Source: Tubiluchus corallicola | Lineage: Eukaryota > Animalia > Priapulida | DNA length: 64,000 nt | NCBI GenBank assembly: GCA_030141605.1 | Contig: JAQGDQ010000751.1 | Location: forward strand, 1-64,000 | Direction of reading: 5' to 3' | In this document: positions 44,761-59,000 of the stretch, piece after piece | How the letters are laid out: each line of letters opens with the position of its first letter | How positions within the stretch are numbered: position 1 is the stretch's first letter | Notes under the pieces: model-generated | The model's database searches: none | What the model saw: only the letters and a program-made list of their open reading frames with translations | What the model was told of the DNA's origin: nothing | Program-made: the position numbers and the translations under genes

Positions 44761-46162
44761 TGTTAAATATGGACATTGCTCAATAAAAGATGTTGTTGGA
44801 CATAACGACAGACTTGGTTAGCTAAAACAAATAAAGATTATTCACCAACTTCAATCAAATCTGTCTTTAGGAGTAGAAGAACTTACGCTGTTAGCTGCAA
44901 ATAGAAGTGGGTAGAATGCTCTGATAAATGTTGATACCTCAATGCCTACAATAGTGGAATGAGATTTTGAAGGAGAATATTAATATTTTTCTGTATTTCG
45001 GACGTCTATGTCATAGATATTTATTATGTATGGTAAATGTCTTTCACCCGATTAGCGGACTGTGAATTGCGAAAGTGCGCACATATGGCGGCTGTTAATG
45101 TGAAATGCGACTCTAAATTTGTATTTCTCTTCAAAAACGTTCATACAAATCGTTATTAAAAATAAAACGAAAACTGAGGTTTTCTTGAGAATAGACCACT
45201 TAGTGACTTATTAAAGAAAAGCCGGACCCCTTCATAAACAATAGGTCAAAACAATCTTACCCTACAAAATATTTACAAGGAAGATTTTATTTTTTTCAGG
45301 AATGATTTACATGAAAGAACCATTACCGCAGAATGGTAATTTTGAGGTATTGTGTTCACGCTGCTACTAGGATTTTGCCATTCGCTAGTTAGATGGGCAC
45401 TAACGCCTGCATCTTGGAAAACCATAACACAAAAAAGCAGGTGCCAGGTGGTTTAACTTTAACTCTGAGTCTCAATTCAGAGGTGTTCAGTTGTGATGTG
45501 TTGCACAAGTTTGAGAGTTCATATGTGAGTACATTGGTAAACATGAAATTTGAATTTTAGAATTATAATTTGTTAAGTTTTATTGCTTTTATTTTTTTCT
45601 ATCGGGTTTTGCATCAGATTTTCCATCATTTTTAGGTTAGGGCTTCAATCATAAACTAGGAGGGACATTAGTCTGACAATGTCCATTTCCACATGTGTTG
45701 GACTAGCATTTGATGATACAATCCATAGTTATCAACGCTTCTATATATTTTACATATAAAAGTGTAACATCAATAAAGAAGTCACAGAAAATGTTTATGG
45801 TGAATCTGAATAGGATCTTTTATATGTAAAACATAACGTCTATTCAGTTTAGTTGATTCTGATCTTTAAAGGGGCAATACAACACTGCAACGTTGTATTA
45901 TATGTGCATAATATTGCTACTGCATGATATTGGAGTGAAAACTAGTGTAGCTATTAAGTTTCACATCACTATGGAGATAAATTTAGCCTGGCACTTCAGG
46001 GCAACGTATTCTGCATTAAAGGATAATCCAAGGCTGTCGGCTTTTCCTATCTGTTAGTATATATTAAAAATACCTATCCTGTCACGTGCTTGAGCAAACT
46101 TTTTTTGCAGCTGCAGTTACTCTCATCAACTGTAAACAATCCAAAACAAGAGATTATTAATA

Positions 46163-46318
46163 TAATCAAACTTCTTTATACTACCTACTTTGGGACTGCA
46201 AAAAAAATTGGCATTATAGCAAAGCGCATGTAAATATAGACATTTTGTTTTGTCAGAAATATGGGCATCAAGCGAGACTGGCACTATAAAGGGGTATTAT
46301 AAAGAGGATTGACTTCTA
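46163..46318. mobile_element. Short pogo-type MITE (second, truncated copy at 58800-58935)
   Basis: tcaaac.tctttatac.acctact..gggactgcaaaaa...ttggcattata is shared between the copies. The inverted end tataaagaggattgact is present here. Confidence 0.7.
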
Positions 46319-47311
46319 TTTTTTGCTTTTTGATGAATGTTGCTGCCCATTCTGTAATGAAAAACAGTTGTTACCAATAATAGTACAATAATTCTGAAAC
46401 CCGGGTAGTTCAATCCAACAAAACAACAGAATTATTATCTTAGCTAGCAAACCAACTGTGTAAGCTATGTAACCCACCCAGCACCTAGTGTGCTCTCAAA
46501 ATTGCATGCCTATCTGAAAATCTGTAACAAGTTTAAACACTGTCTGTAATTTGATTATGCACAGCACTTACATGTTTTAAGGTGTAAAAATGAATTGAAG
46601 CTATGTAATAAGTTTGGAGTTGTTTCTAGAAGATCCGATGTACACAGCTGCTTAGGCACACGCATTTAAGCAGCTTGGTTTGCATAACTTTTAGGTGAAT
46701 TGCACAAGTTGCTTTTATATGTGCACCTTCATGCTGTCCGCCAGCTCGCATCATTTTTTAACATGTTCCCGCAATAAAATCCATTTTATGGAGATAAGAA
46801 TGATTTAAATTTTTGCATTTGTAAGAATGCGTTTTATGCGCAATTATTCCACATATATTATGTGGCAATTTCAATATTTTTAATTTTATATTGAAATCCA
46901 ATGAACATTGTTTGAGGGTTGAATTTTCCTTTAATGAGAAAAGCCTGTGTATTCTAGTTGGTTAGCTGGTTAATTACTTTGTACTGGTTATACAGGTAAT
47001 ATTTCAGTAGTATTACGAAAAGGGAATTATCCAAGCCGATTATACAAGCCTAGTAGTAAAAAAGCTAGTGATCGTCAACCGCACTTTTTGCCGCATTAGC
47101 ATGGAATGGTGATATAAATTGCAGCAGCAGGAAAATTGTTCCTGACGCGCTATAATGATGTCGATTTTGGAACAAACTTTGAATTGCTCTAGAATGGGTT
47201 ATGTGGTTAAATTATTAAGTTCTATTTCTCTTTATTTAGAAATGGCTAACTGTATATTGTAAAACTTTTTCAACTCGTGATACACCAGGCACTGCTATTG
47301 TGTGACTCACC

Positions 47312-50300
47312 ATGGAGAACTATCAAACTGATGAGTCAGGTAAAAAAACTTCAATAAAGTTCTCTCATTTTTCTTATTTGTTAATTATGAAGAATGGATG
47401 TTTGCAAGTGATAATATCAGAATTATTATTATAGTACATAATAACTGCTTGATAAATTTCAGCTCAAAAATGCTAATGCATTCTGGATAGAATTCTGAAA
47501 TATTGTTAAATAAAATCAAGCCATTCCAGTTGCAATAATATTCACAAATGACTATCTTTTTGACAGAGGTTTCTAACAGTGAATGTTTTTGCCATTAGAG
47601 CCTTAAGGCAATTTGATGAATTTCTAATCAGGCACCCTACCTCAGGTGGCCCCAAAAGAGATGAGTAATCTATTTTCAGCTTTTCGTGTATTCACAACTG
47701 GGGGTGAGCGTTCTCTACCAGAAATCGAATTCGAATCAAACCGAATTTCAGTATTTCGAATTCGAATTGAGTTTAAATGTTTTCGAACAAGTTTTCTAAC
47801 CCTCAGTAAAAAGCGGTTTTACAAAGGTGATGCAAAGGTCCTATAACTCAATTTTGTTCTGCAATAAAACCACTAATAATTAGTTTGAAAATTGTGCACA
47901 GAAATCACTACTAAACTGTGGTAATTGTATGATGTTTAAAACGTTTTAATGACAAAAGGACGTATGTGGTTGAAGTGCTGAATTATTCGAATCTATAATT
48001 TTACGTTCGAATTGAAGTCGAACGTTCGATGCTCATCCTACTCACAACAATGCATTACAATGAGTGATCACTGCCAATTTTGCTACTGCTGACAATCAGT
48101 TAATGCAGCCATCACTGCTACCAACTTTATGCTTATGCAGCTATTACAGAAGTCTAAAAAATAATTTCTGAAAAACGTTCAATATGGATGACCTGTGCTG
48201 TGAAAAGAGCAAAAATTATAAAACGGACAAATTGTAAGACGTTTTGCAACACAATTAGACACAGAATTCAGTGTAGTTTTGCTTCACCTATAAAGTGCAG
48301 ACCTGTCTATAACGTTTGTTTATGGATCCTTATTTGAATAAGCCTATTAAGAGCATGTATACTCGACCTTGCATTATTTTCACTAATTTACGAAAATATG
48401 GCTATTTAAACAGTGAATATATGTAAAAAGACACACGTAAACAATTAAAACAAACAAACCTGTAGAATTTCTTAAGTATTATTTGATATAATTACTATAC
48501 TGCATATTTATGCAAACTCATATTTCCGTGACAAAATATAATGTAGGCTGTGTTCAGGCAGAATCATATTACAGCCTCAAACTATACACTTTCCAGAGGT
48601 GATCTACACATACTTGTTGAACTTACACGTGTAATTTTACTAAAAAAGTAGCTATTTGGTCCATTAAGACATGCACCACACTTTTTAGTTGCACATATTT
48701 TAATCAGTTCCATTTTGGCATAATTTTATATTTTTACGATTCTACAGACTTTAGCTGGGAATGTGGGACCTAACGAAACTGTCTCCAATAAGGCACTGCA
48801 CCTACTAAGGCCAGCCCTATTTGTCTTGATAGGCATCTTTGTCTACCTCCAGATTTTGTTAGTAATTAGATGTTCAAACTTTTTTTGTAAAATGTTGAAT
48901 TTGTTACTTTCTAAAGCTGTTTTCCTTTCTTCAAATTAATATAAGGAAATGCATTCGTAAATGTTATTGTTATGCCATTGTGTAAAAAAGGACAAATGTT
49001 ATCTTGTTTCTAATTATCGCCAAGTATCTGTACTCTCATGTACATCAAAAGCATTTGAAAAAATTATATTTAGACTGTATTATAATTATTATGTATAACC
49101 TTATAACTTGTAGTAGCTATTATCTGCTAAACAGTCTATTTTTGTACCTAGTGATTCTCTTATTAACCAGTTACTTCATTTAGTTCGTTCTGGTTATCAA
49201 GGCTGTTCTAAGGCCTTTGATTGTGTTTGGCATAGTGGTCTTTTAGTTAAACTATGGGTAAAAAACATTTAAGGAAACATTCTAAAACTGTTTATTATTT
49301 TATTCAAGTGAAATAAAGCAAACTGTTACAATTGATGCAGTATGTTCTGAATCAAAGCAATTGTGTGCAGGTGTTCCACAAGGTTTCTTGTTCAACCTCT
49401 GCTTTTTCTAATTTTCAGTAATGATATAACATCTAATGTATAACATCTGTTACGTTCCTTTTTTACAAATGACACTTGCATTAAAGCTAGCAGTCAAGAT
49501 TCTATTGTGACTGCTGCCATTTTACAACAACATCTGAAAAGCATTGAAATTTGAATGTAGTTGGTTTCTTTTAATCCACAGAAATCAGAATCAGTCACTT
49601 TTTTATATAAACTAAATCTTCAAAGACCCAGATCTGTTTTTCGTAGGAACTAGAGTCGAAACTTAACTCAGCATAAAGATTTAGTACATAGTTAGTGCTA
49701 ATTAGTGGTTTAAAAGTTTAATAGCTATTGAGCGAGTGCAATACGAAGCTGCTTTAATTGTGTCAGGTGCTGTTCTTGGCACAAATCATGACAAAGTACT
49801 ATTGGTACTTGATTTGTCATGGGAAAATATCACAGATAGATATCTACATAAGTTATCATTATTTTACAAAATATAAACAATGACACCCATTCTTATCTTA
49901 AGGAATTACTATTACTTATTCCTAGAGTCTGTGAATGAATAGATTATAGTTTACAAAGTTCAGCGTCATTGTGTCTCTGTTGAGATATAATTTTAAGTTG
50001 AGTTTTTTCCTTGTTGCATAAATGAATCTTGTTATCTTGCTGTATTAATATGTAATATGTAATACAAAGGGTTCGGTACATATGCCTTATCTTTATATTA
50101 CCGATATTTATTTGCTTCCTCTCTTTGTCCAGATAGTGATCTAGCAGTTGATACAAATGCTAATTATTTATTGCAGTGTTACCATGATTTCAGACAAATT
50201 TTGTTCACTAACATTCATTTATTATTATAGCCATATGTTAACTTTTTGTAAGTACATATGACCAATTACATATTAGTTTGTGGATCTGACGCACTTCCTG

Positions 50301-52107
50301 AAAATGTTAAAAAACTGTCTCAGATGTTTATATCATAATCTAAGACATGTTTAACTAACTGACTAGTTTAAATGACTATAATTATTTCTTGTTCATTTAA
50401 TTGCAGTTAAACGTGTACCGTATACGAACATATTTACATGTGTACATGTATGTATAATGAATGCATGTGATATTATACAAAATTTGAATATTTATTACTT
50501 TTAACATCTGTTTAAAGTAAAAAAGTTGAAATTGTTAACAGTCATGTCATTCCTATACAAATTCACGATGTAGTTAAAATGTATGCTAAAGTATGAAAAT
50601 TATGGGCAAAATATCATTGATGTTAAATAGGATATTATTAAATGATGAAAGAAAAGAGAATAGTACTTTAAATCTAAAATACTCTTCAGTCTGTAATTTA
50701 GTAATTACTGATTTTCACTTTTATTTATAATTTTTTTTGGATTGCACATTTCAGGTGCAAGGTTTATTGCAGCTTCTCAACGACCAGATGGAACTTGGAG
50801 AAAAGTTCGCAGAGTAAAGGATGGTTATGTACCCCAGGAGGAAGTACCAGTGTAAGTTATTTTGGTGATTTGATTACTATAAGTTTTATGAAAAAAACAG
50901 TAGATGGATAATAAACAGATTGTAAAGATGTTCAGTTTTTATCAGTTTTGCAGAATATTCTTGCATTTCCTTTTATTCAGTTATTATTCATAAGAACATA
51001 GTAAATAACTGAAATATGATGACTGTTTGGGAACGGAGTACAAAATATCTGGATTTGCAATATAGAAAGCTAGGCAACTTTTGCAATGATTAGCAATTAG
51101 CACTATACATACCTTCATTTAATGTATCCTATGCCTACTGCTATGCCTATGTGACATTTTTGTCCGGCCAAAGCCGGATTATCATACAGGTTAGTATAGG
51201 CTGCAGCCTAGTGCCCTCTGCTAAAAGATTTTCAGAAAATCTGTTTTTAACTACTATTGTGTTGTGTTGAAATGTGTGCTGAGTTGGTTTGCAGTAAATA
51301 GTAAGAATTAATAGTGATGTTTCTTAAAGAATATTTTTATTGTCAAACAAAAGATAGTTATTCTAGTTTATTTAAAGAATTTTCAATAAGTTTACTTCAA
51401 GCTTACTCTAAAATATGTCACGAGTAAAAAATATTCAAGATCGGTGTGGACAAGTTAGAGAGTGGCTCTGACAGAGGGGTCCAATAATTTTATTATCCTG
51501 GAGGCCCCAAAAGGTTATAGTCCAACCCTGGTTATATCTCATTTCTAATTAAGCCTGATTTTATTAGAGAGCTTGAGTCTTATGATAATTCACTAAAATG
51601 TTAATTTTAAGTACAAATTAATATTGCAGTTATGAGTCAAAGGGAAAGCAATGGGTGCAAAGTCAACCCTTGGGACCCATCGGACTACCAGAGGAGGACT
51701 TAAATCTACATAAATCTGATGTGCCAGTAACTAAAACTGCCAAAAAGAATGCTCGAAAAAAAGAAAAACGAAAAGAGAAACATGCTGAAGAACTAAAGGA
51801 ATCATTGCAAGTGCTAACAATAGAAGAACCTACTTTTGATGAAAGTGCATTACCTGAAGAAAATCTTGCAAAAACATCGAGTTCTGTCTCTAAAACAAAG
51901 ATTAGTGAGAGTGTTTTGACTGAAAATAAGCCTAATGTAGAAAAGAAGTTAAAGAATCTTAAAAAGAAACTGAGACAAATCGAGGACCTCGAATTTAAAA
52001 TAACTTCAGGAGCACTAGCAAAGCCGGATCCTGATCAAATAAAAAAGGTTCAACAGAAAGAAGTAATAATGGATGAAATTGAAAGTTTGGAGATGCTGCT
52101 AAGCTAA
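47312..52107 (+). CDS. PYM1: Partner of Y14 and Mago (PYM/wibg), 200 aa
   Basis: Exons 47312-47339, 50755-50851, 51630-52107 (603 nt, phases consistent). Mago-binding motif [30 protein letters not shown]; C-terminal [16 protein letters not shown]. Confidence 0.95.
47699..48040 (+). mobile_element. hAT-type MITE, TTCGAA-rich family, copy 4
   Basis: TIRs tgggggtgagc / gctcatccta. 8-bp TSD ttcacaac/ctcacaac (7/8). Confidence 0.88.
49150..49930 (+). mobile_element. Decayed CR1-like LINE RT fragment in a PYM1 intron
   Basis: [16 protein letters not shown] (~49207), AGVPQG (~49370), [15 protein letters not shown], with many disruptions. Confidence 0.8.
51169..51530. mobile_element. Degraded hAT-like MITE
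   Basis: Ends caaagccggatta / tagtccaaccctg resemble CAGGGCCGGATTA-type TIRs. No TSD seen. Confidence 0.35.
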
Positions 52108-52190
52108 TGTTCTAGTGAATGCATGAAATACTTATGTTGTGCTTCTTTTTATACAAATCATGCATGTACATGACTGTACATAATTGCATT

Positions 52191-53561
52191 TATTGGCGTA
52201 CGGGGTGGGGGGTGGAGGGGGCAGACTGCCCCCAAATTTTCGGGACGCCCAAAATCGGGCAGAACTGCCCTTTACATTTTCAGAAAATAGTTTTTTCAAC
52301 ATCGAAATTGGTATTTTTTCAGATTTCAATCGTCATCGCCTTATTTTTCCTGGAATTCAAATATGGCCCAAATCGTGAGAGAGTAATATTTATGCCATGC
52401 ACCTGGATGCCCGAATCTTGATCTCACAGGAGGCGTCGTCCGCGCCGACTCCTGGTCCTGGACCGGCAGTGAGAGTGGTCTGGAAACAATTAGCATTCGC
52501 AAAATTGAAGATATACTAGTCGCTGGGTTCTCTGCAGGTCTCCGATGTTTACAAAACTCTTATCGCTTCCTTATCATCTTCGGTGCACGCGCATTGATTG
52601 TTCGCCAGCGATTATCAATTACAAATCCCCCATTATTTCATATTATTGACAAAATCTGGACTTTGTGCTTTCCGATTTCTGGTCCTTTATCTATTTAGGA
52701 TCTGGACTCACTGCCTGTATTTTGTGCGCTCTTTGATTTTCTGGATTTTCCATGGTTTGCTTGGCGCTGAATGAGAGCTGAAACGTTTAAGGAGTCGCAA
52801 TTATTTCAGAAACATCATAGATCTTTGCGGAAAGGGGCACAAAAATCAAAATGTTGCCTTTCTCGATTATCGTTGATGGTGTCAGTTCTCAGTTTTGCTT
52901 CATCTAGTCAGTTTGTCAAATTGCTTCTGTTGTCGACTTTGATGTGTAGATAGGGATCTCTCGTCAGAGGATTGTTTCTTCTGGATTAGTTTTAGATTCG
53001 TTGATTTTTGGTTTTTCGGAAGTGCTGCATTTGTCATGACGCCCGATTCTAAGCATAAAAGATCATATCGCACTCGTGTTACTTGTCAGAAGTGCAAGAA
53101 AGAGATTGATTCTAACTACAAAAACGAACATGTTAAGCGAATGCTCTGTCATCTCAGTCATTCAATGTTCACTGGAAGTAAACTGTTCTGTTCTGGAAGT
53201 TATCACCGCACTTCTGGTTCTTAGGACACTGTTCATACCATAATCAATGACAATCTTTGAAACCTAATGATCCAGGTGCTTGTGCATAATCAAACAAGCA
53301 CAGCTTATCAAGCTATCTGGCCATATAGGTCATATCATGTGTTGTGCATCACATTTCAATATGGCTAATAAATAATATTGATCAGCTTCATGAGTTCAGT
53401 CTTATGTCATCGGAAATGACGCCTTTTTGTATTCGTTATCTGGAATTTAGTAAGGTTGTACTTGTTGAAACGGAGGCCTAAAAATCGGGTGAAATTCTAA
53501 GAATTCGGGCAAAGAATCCTCTGCCCCCCCCCCCCAAATTCAGGGACCCCGTATACTTATG
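52191..53561 (+). mobile_element. Internally deleted hAT transposon just downstream of the PYM1 stop codon
   Basis: Perfect 8-bp TSD attgcatt (52183-52190, 53562-53569). Imperfect TIRs tattggcgtacggggt / accccgtatacttatg; subterminal tcgggca and ctgccccc motifs. Remnant Zn-finger-like ORF 53036-53224 (CQKC...H) and an LHEFSLMSSE remnant resembling the hAT dimerisation region. Confidence 0.88.
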
Positions 53562-54310
53562 ATTGCATTTACTTGGAGTATTATAGTCATTCACAGTGAG
53601 AAAGAAATTTTAGTTATTACAAAATTTTCTTATTGAAATTAAGCTTTAGAAAATTTGAAAAGTTATATACTACAAGAGTTGCAATCAGCAAAATTTTTAA
53701 AAATGTTTGTAATCTAAACAGTGAAGAATTCAACGTCACACGTCACATAGACATTTAAAATGAAAATATCTATGGCTTCCTATCCCATCTTTGATTTGAT
53801 AATATTTGTGTTGACAAATCTTGTCTTTTTTGAAGCATTTAGATCACTAAATAGAATTTTAAATTTTACCATTTAATAACATTTATGGTCATTTGTAGGT
53901 GAGTGAGCAAAGTACCTTGGTTTGAGAAGTGACATTCCAGCCCAAAAATTTTAGTACATCTTTGTACTTTAAATACATTTATTTTCCTGGAAAAAAAATA
54001 TGACAAAATTCTTTACAAGCAATTTTTTCGAATCCGTTTATTAAAACTGTCATTTCATCATATTACTTTTGCGAAATTAAATTCCGTATAAAAAGTAGTA
54101 TACACGTAGTTTCACATGTATTATTTTGCAATTATAACATAATTATTGGAATTTCAGCAAATTGCTGATCTTATTATAATGAGTATTTAAGTTTCTGCTA
54201 ACTTGCCAATAATAGAGCTGAGTTCCTAAAATTATTATAAGCTGTCAAGACTTCATGAAATGAATCAACAATTATTGTCTTTGTGACAATTTATATTTTA
54301 GTTTTCACAC

Positions 54311-54579
54311 TAAAATTAACAATGAATGTCAGAATGAAACACAGCACAAAAATTTTTTCATGTGAATGTACACGTACAGCCACATGTAGGCTTGCGTCCA
54401 GGCTGGATTTCTGATTAGCTTTTTAATTAAACAAGTACGTAATGTATAACCGTAAGCAATAAACCTTGTTTAATTTATAGTTGTAGACAATAATGCAAGC
54501 CTACACGTGGCTGTACGTGTACATTCACATGAAAAAATATTTGTGCTGTGTCTCATTCTGACATTCATTGTTAATTTTA
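54311..54579. repeat. Long inverted repeat: 85-bp arms, 99-bp spacer
   Basis: Arms 54311-54395 and 54495-54579, 82/85 complementary. Confidence 0.95.
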
Positions 54580-56076
54580 TTTCTATTCAAAATAATGTGG
54601 ACTAAAAGTGAACAACAACTTTTTTCATTATCCTGCCATAGTACATTTATGGCAAAAACCTTTAATTCCACCCCCTCTAGAATTTAGCTATTACATTATT
54701 TTCGTAAGATGGACAAGAGGTTTTATATAAGTATAGATAAGTAATGCTGTGTACTCTCTTCATCATTAGTGAAATACAACCACTAATGAGACTAGCTTCT
54801 ATATTTAAATACTGACTTTTTACAAACGAAATAAAAATAAGCATACATTAACTTTTTCATGTTTGCATTTTAGCTAATCACACTTGGTATTCGGCTGCTT
54901 AAATAACAACATAGCATACTTAGGATTTTACGCAACAAAATGTTGGTCATGTGATGCATTTTCTGTTGCTTGGATTCATTGTATGCCGAGCCTAACGAAA
55001 GAATTGGAATATCCGAAATACATACATAATGATTATCTCATGAAACCAAAAAATGTAGGCAGGTGGATTGTTAGCAATGCAGCAGTTATATAATGTCAAT
55101 CACTTTCAATTACTACATTACTATAAAGCTGCCCTGTAAGAGAAAATGTTTTAACAATTTTTTGAATATCCCAATTCTGTTACCACAAAGTTGTTACAGC
55201 TTTTAATCAGAACTTGTAGTAGGTCCTAGATTCACCCTCTATATACATTTCATGGTAGGTCTATTATACTGTTGTTCATGTTAATGCAAGGCTTATCAAA
55301 GACTGTTTTCCCACATATATATTTATGCCCCATACATGTCACGTACATACCCCAGTGAATCTCAACTCTTATGTTACCTCTTGTTGCTTCTGCAGCAACA
55401 CTTTATTAATGTACAATTAATGTACCTGTATCATGAATTTGCTTAGCAATTAAAATTGAAAAATTAACCATACATATAACTATGTACATACAACAAGTCA
55501 TCAACGATCATTTCTTAGCTTATATATTTTTAATGCTATGTTTTTCGCAGTTTTTACACACATTTATACAGAATAAGCTATATAACTGTACAGTCAGTCC
55601 TCACTCGCTCAACTTCCATTTGGCGATGATTAGTTATAACATCAAGGAAATGTTGCTACCGGTTGTCTCACTTAGCAAGTCATAATACATATTAACAAAA
55701 TTGTTCAGCAATCATTAAACCTACTTTTAAAAACACTTAATGTGAGAATATGTATTAATGCTGTTTGTTAAATGCAATGAAACTATCACACAGGAAATCA
55801 TAAGTCCAAAATATTAATAATAAACAAGTCGAGAATAAATCATAAGTAGCAGTGAAAATTGCCTGTAAAAGATGAGTCAAAAAGATAATGATAAAATCAT
55901 GGCCCTGTTGTGAAGCTGTTTACGCAATACAGGTTAAGCACATGACAAAAAAGAATAAAGAAAATACCCATTGATTCAATAGAGCTAAAACTTTTTGGGA
56001 ATGATGTAACTTTTGCAAGTATGTTTCAGTAGTAATTACAGTTTGTGAAATGCTTTAGCAGTAATAGTTACTAATT

Positions 56077-59000
56077 CTACTGTTGTGATGACAATCTTCC
56101 TCCTTGCTGCTCAGATTCTTCTAAAAATGAATAAAATGCCATGAATATAAATTAGTAAAGCTATATGAGTAATAACAATTTCATTGCAGCAAACGCCTTA
56201 TCATACGATAAAATGCCTGCTAATTGATAAGTTGTTGCATTTTTAGCTCTATTTTCAATAATAAAGTCCAACATAAGTATAATCCATTTATAACAGGCTT
56301 CAATAGACCATGAAAATTTGCTCGCTATAACTAAGTCTCGTTATAGCCCAGGTCAAGTGCCTGAGCATACGAACAAGATAGAAATAAAGCCTATAAGGCA
56401 AATATGATGTAATGATGAAAGGAGCCCTTTCTTTTAAGACTGGTACACGTTTCTTAATTGCCACCATTCTGTAACTATTTTATCACAAAAGAGTGAATTT
56501 ATAGTGTTCAGATACTGTTATTTCTAGGATTACATCAGTACATGCAATAAATAAAATCGCATAGAATAGTGCGAGTTGCATTTCTAACTTATCACTGCTG
56601 CGATTCATTGTGTTGTCTGCTGATAGGTAAGTGTGTTTTACATTGTTGTTACAGTACACACATTTAACTGCTCTGCTCTGTGAAAGTGGCAAGACCTTGG
56701 AAGCCTGTGTGAAAGGAAACGGCTGGTTTTTATGCCAGCATACATATTTAAATAGCTGTGTAAGTGCAATATCATTTATAATTATAAGCACTTCAGCCTG
56801 GACCTGCATCAGTTAATAATCAAGTTTACAGTCTGATTTGATTAGCCTACGTGTATTTATTTAAAACAGTATTATTATAAAAATTAAACTTTGAAAAATC
56901 ATTTATTTTGCAAGTCAGAACAGATTTTTTTTAAAAACTCAGTTATTTTTGCTTGCTTCACATCAGACTGTAGCATTGTTTTATTTAAGAAGCTGTCAAA
57001 TTTTGACAGACATGAGAAAATATCATTATCAGATGCCCGTGCTGATTCAAAAAATAGCTGTAATTTAGCAATAGCTTCTACTTAAACTAACCTGTTAGCA
57101 AACTGCTTCTTCTGCATCTGAATCATCTTCATCACTAGAATCAATCAGAAACTTCTGCAAAAGTTTCTTTCATAATCATTTCATCACCCATTGGAGAAGC
57201 AGTCTTCATATAGCCAGCAACTTGCACATAATTTTGGGCAGCTCTAATCCCAGCATTGTTTTCAAGGTTGTAATAATCACCCGGTATTTCAAAAATGTTT
57301 GTGAATCCGTGATTCAATTCAGTTTCAACCTGAACGTCTTGCACACTATTAAGCTTTTGTGTCCTGCAAATCAACTTTAGCAAAACTTGCCTTATGAAAA
57401 CAATTGCTTATCATTTGAGGTTGCACGTCATTTTCCCACACAGATCTTGCCCAGCATATACACTGCACAAGATCAATGCTAAACTGATCAACAGCATGTT
57501 TCTCAACAAACGCCAGCATTTTACTTAGGATCCACTTGCGATAATGTATTTTACAGTTTTGAATGATTCTGCGCAATTGCAACTTGCTTGTACAGTTAGG
57601 TGGAAGAAATACCTGTTCAACTGCATTTAGTTTTGCTGTCAAATCTGCGTCATGAGCACTGCAGTTATCAACCACTAACAGCACTTTTCTCTTCCCCCAC
57701 GTCAACTTCTTATACAAGTCTAGAAGCCACTCTTAGAAAATTTCTCCAGTCATCCATGCTTTCTTATTTGCATGATAGATCACAGGCAGTTTTTGTACAT
57801 TCTTACAACACCGCAGTTTTGCCGATTTTCCAGTTTCTAACACAGGCACTTTTTCTGTGCCAAACATATTTCCTGCAATCATTACTGTTAACCGCTCTGG
57901 CAGTAACTTAAAAAAAGACCAGTTTCGTCTGCCTTAAAATGTCTTCTTATCTTGACAATAACTTTGGCAATCTATTTTTAAGCAGTCATTAACTGACTTC
58001 TCCTGTACAGTATTGGCTTCTGCGCAAATACGATGAAAAGTGACACCCTTACATTTTTTAAAACAATCAAGCAACCCATCTGAACAATTGAAAGTCAATC
58101 CCATGCTACTGGCAAGTTTGTTTGTGTTCTCTTTAGAAAGCAGCCCACTTACAGGACCCCCTTTACTTCGTACTTGCAGCCAAATGAAAAGTGCATCTTC
58201 CACATCTTCGAAAGTTGATTTCCTCATCTGTTTACTGTATTCACCAAATCTTTTTCGGATAAAATTTTTCGTTGTTTTTTATTATGGTTGATACAGTGCT
58301 AGAAGAGAATCTGCAAATTTTTATATTTTTCATGCCACTTTCGACTTTACGCAGTATCTCTCTTTTCACTTCTATTGATATTGCATTTCGTGCGCGTTTG
58401 ATGCTGCTATGAACTTACAATTGCAGCAGCGCACGTAGACCCACCAACACATCTGCATGTACACACATATGTACTTAACACACATTGTTTTTTGTGCGAT
58501 CAATAAATTGATCCCCACAGTGACTTTTGTGACATTTTCCAGTATTTTAGAACTTGCGCTCGTTATATGCAGGGGAAATACAATCAGAGGATGGAAATAT
58601 TCCCTCGTATTAAGCAAGATCTTGCAATATCATAGTTCACTGTAAGCAAAGTTTAAATGTATTATTTAAGCCTAAGATTTGGCGGTACTTTGAAATTTGC
58701 TCATAATAACCAGAGGCTCGTTATAACAGGCCTTGTCATAAGTGGATTATACTGTACTATTACAGCAAAATAATTGGGGGCTATTTAATATCAGAAATAC
58801 AGTCAAACCTCTTTATACCACCTACTTGGGGACTGCAAAAAGGTTTGGCATTATAACGAGGTTCATTAGTACATACATGTCTATGCAAAGATATTTTGTT
58901 TTGCTAAGAATGTGGGCATTAAGCGAGGTTTGTCTGAGTGATTTGGTAATTTTTCTGTTATTTGAAAAGTAAGTTAGCATGACACTTGAGGCTGTTACAA

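Noticed and set aside
53890-53905. tttgtag|gtgagt zero-length-exon motif on the + strand
   Set aside because: It lies downstream of the PYM1 last exon with no identifiable host intron, so it is likely chance.
57085-58380. Domesticated TIGD/CENP-B-like gene
   Set aside because: Multiple frameshifts and stops with TIRs still present, so this is a dead transposon.
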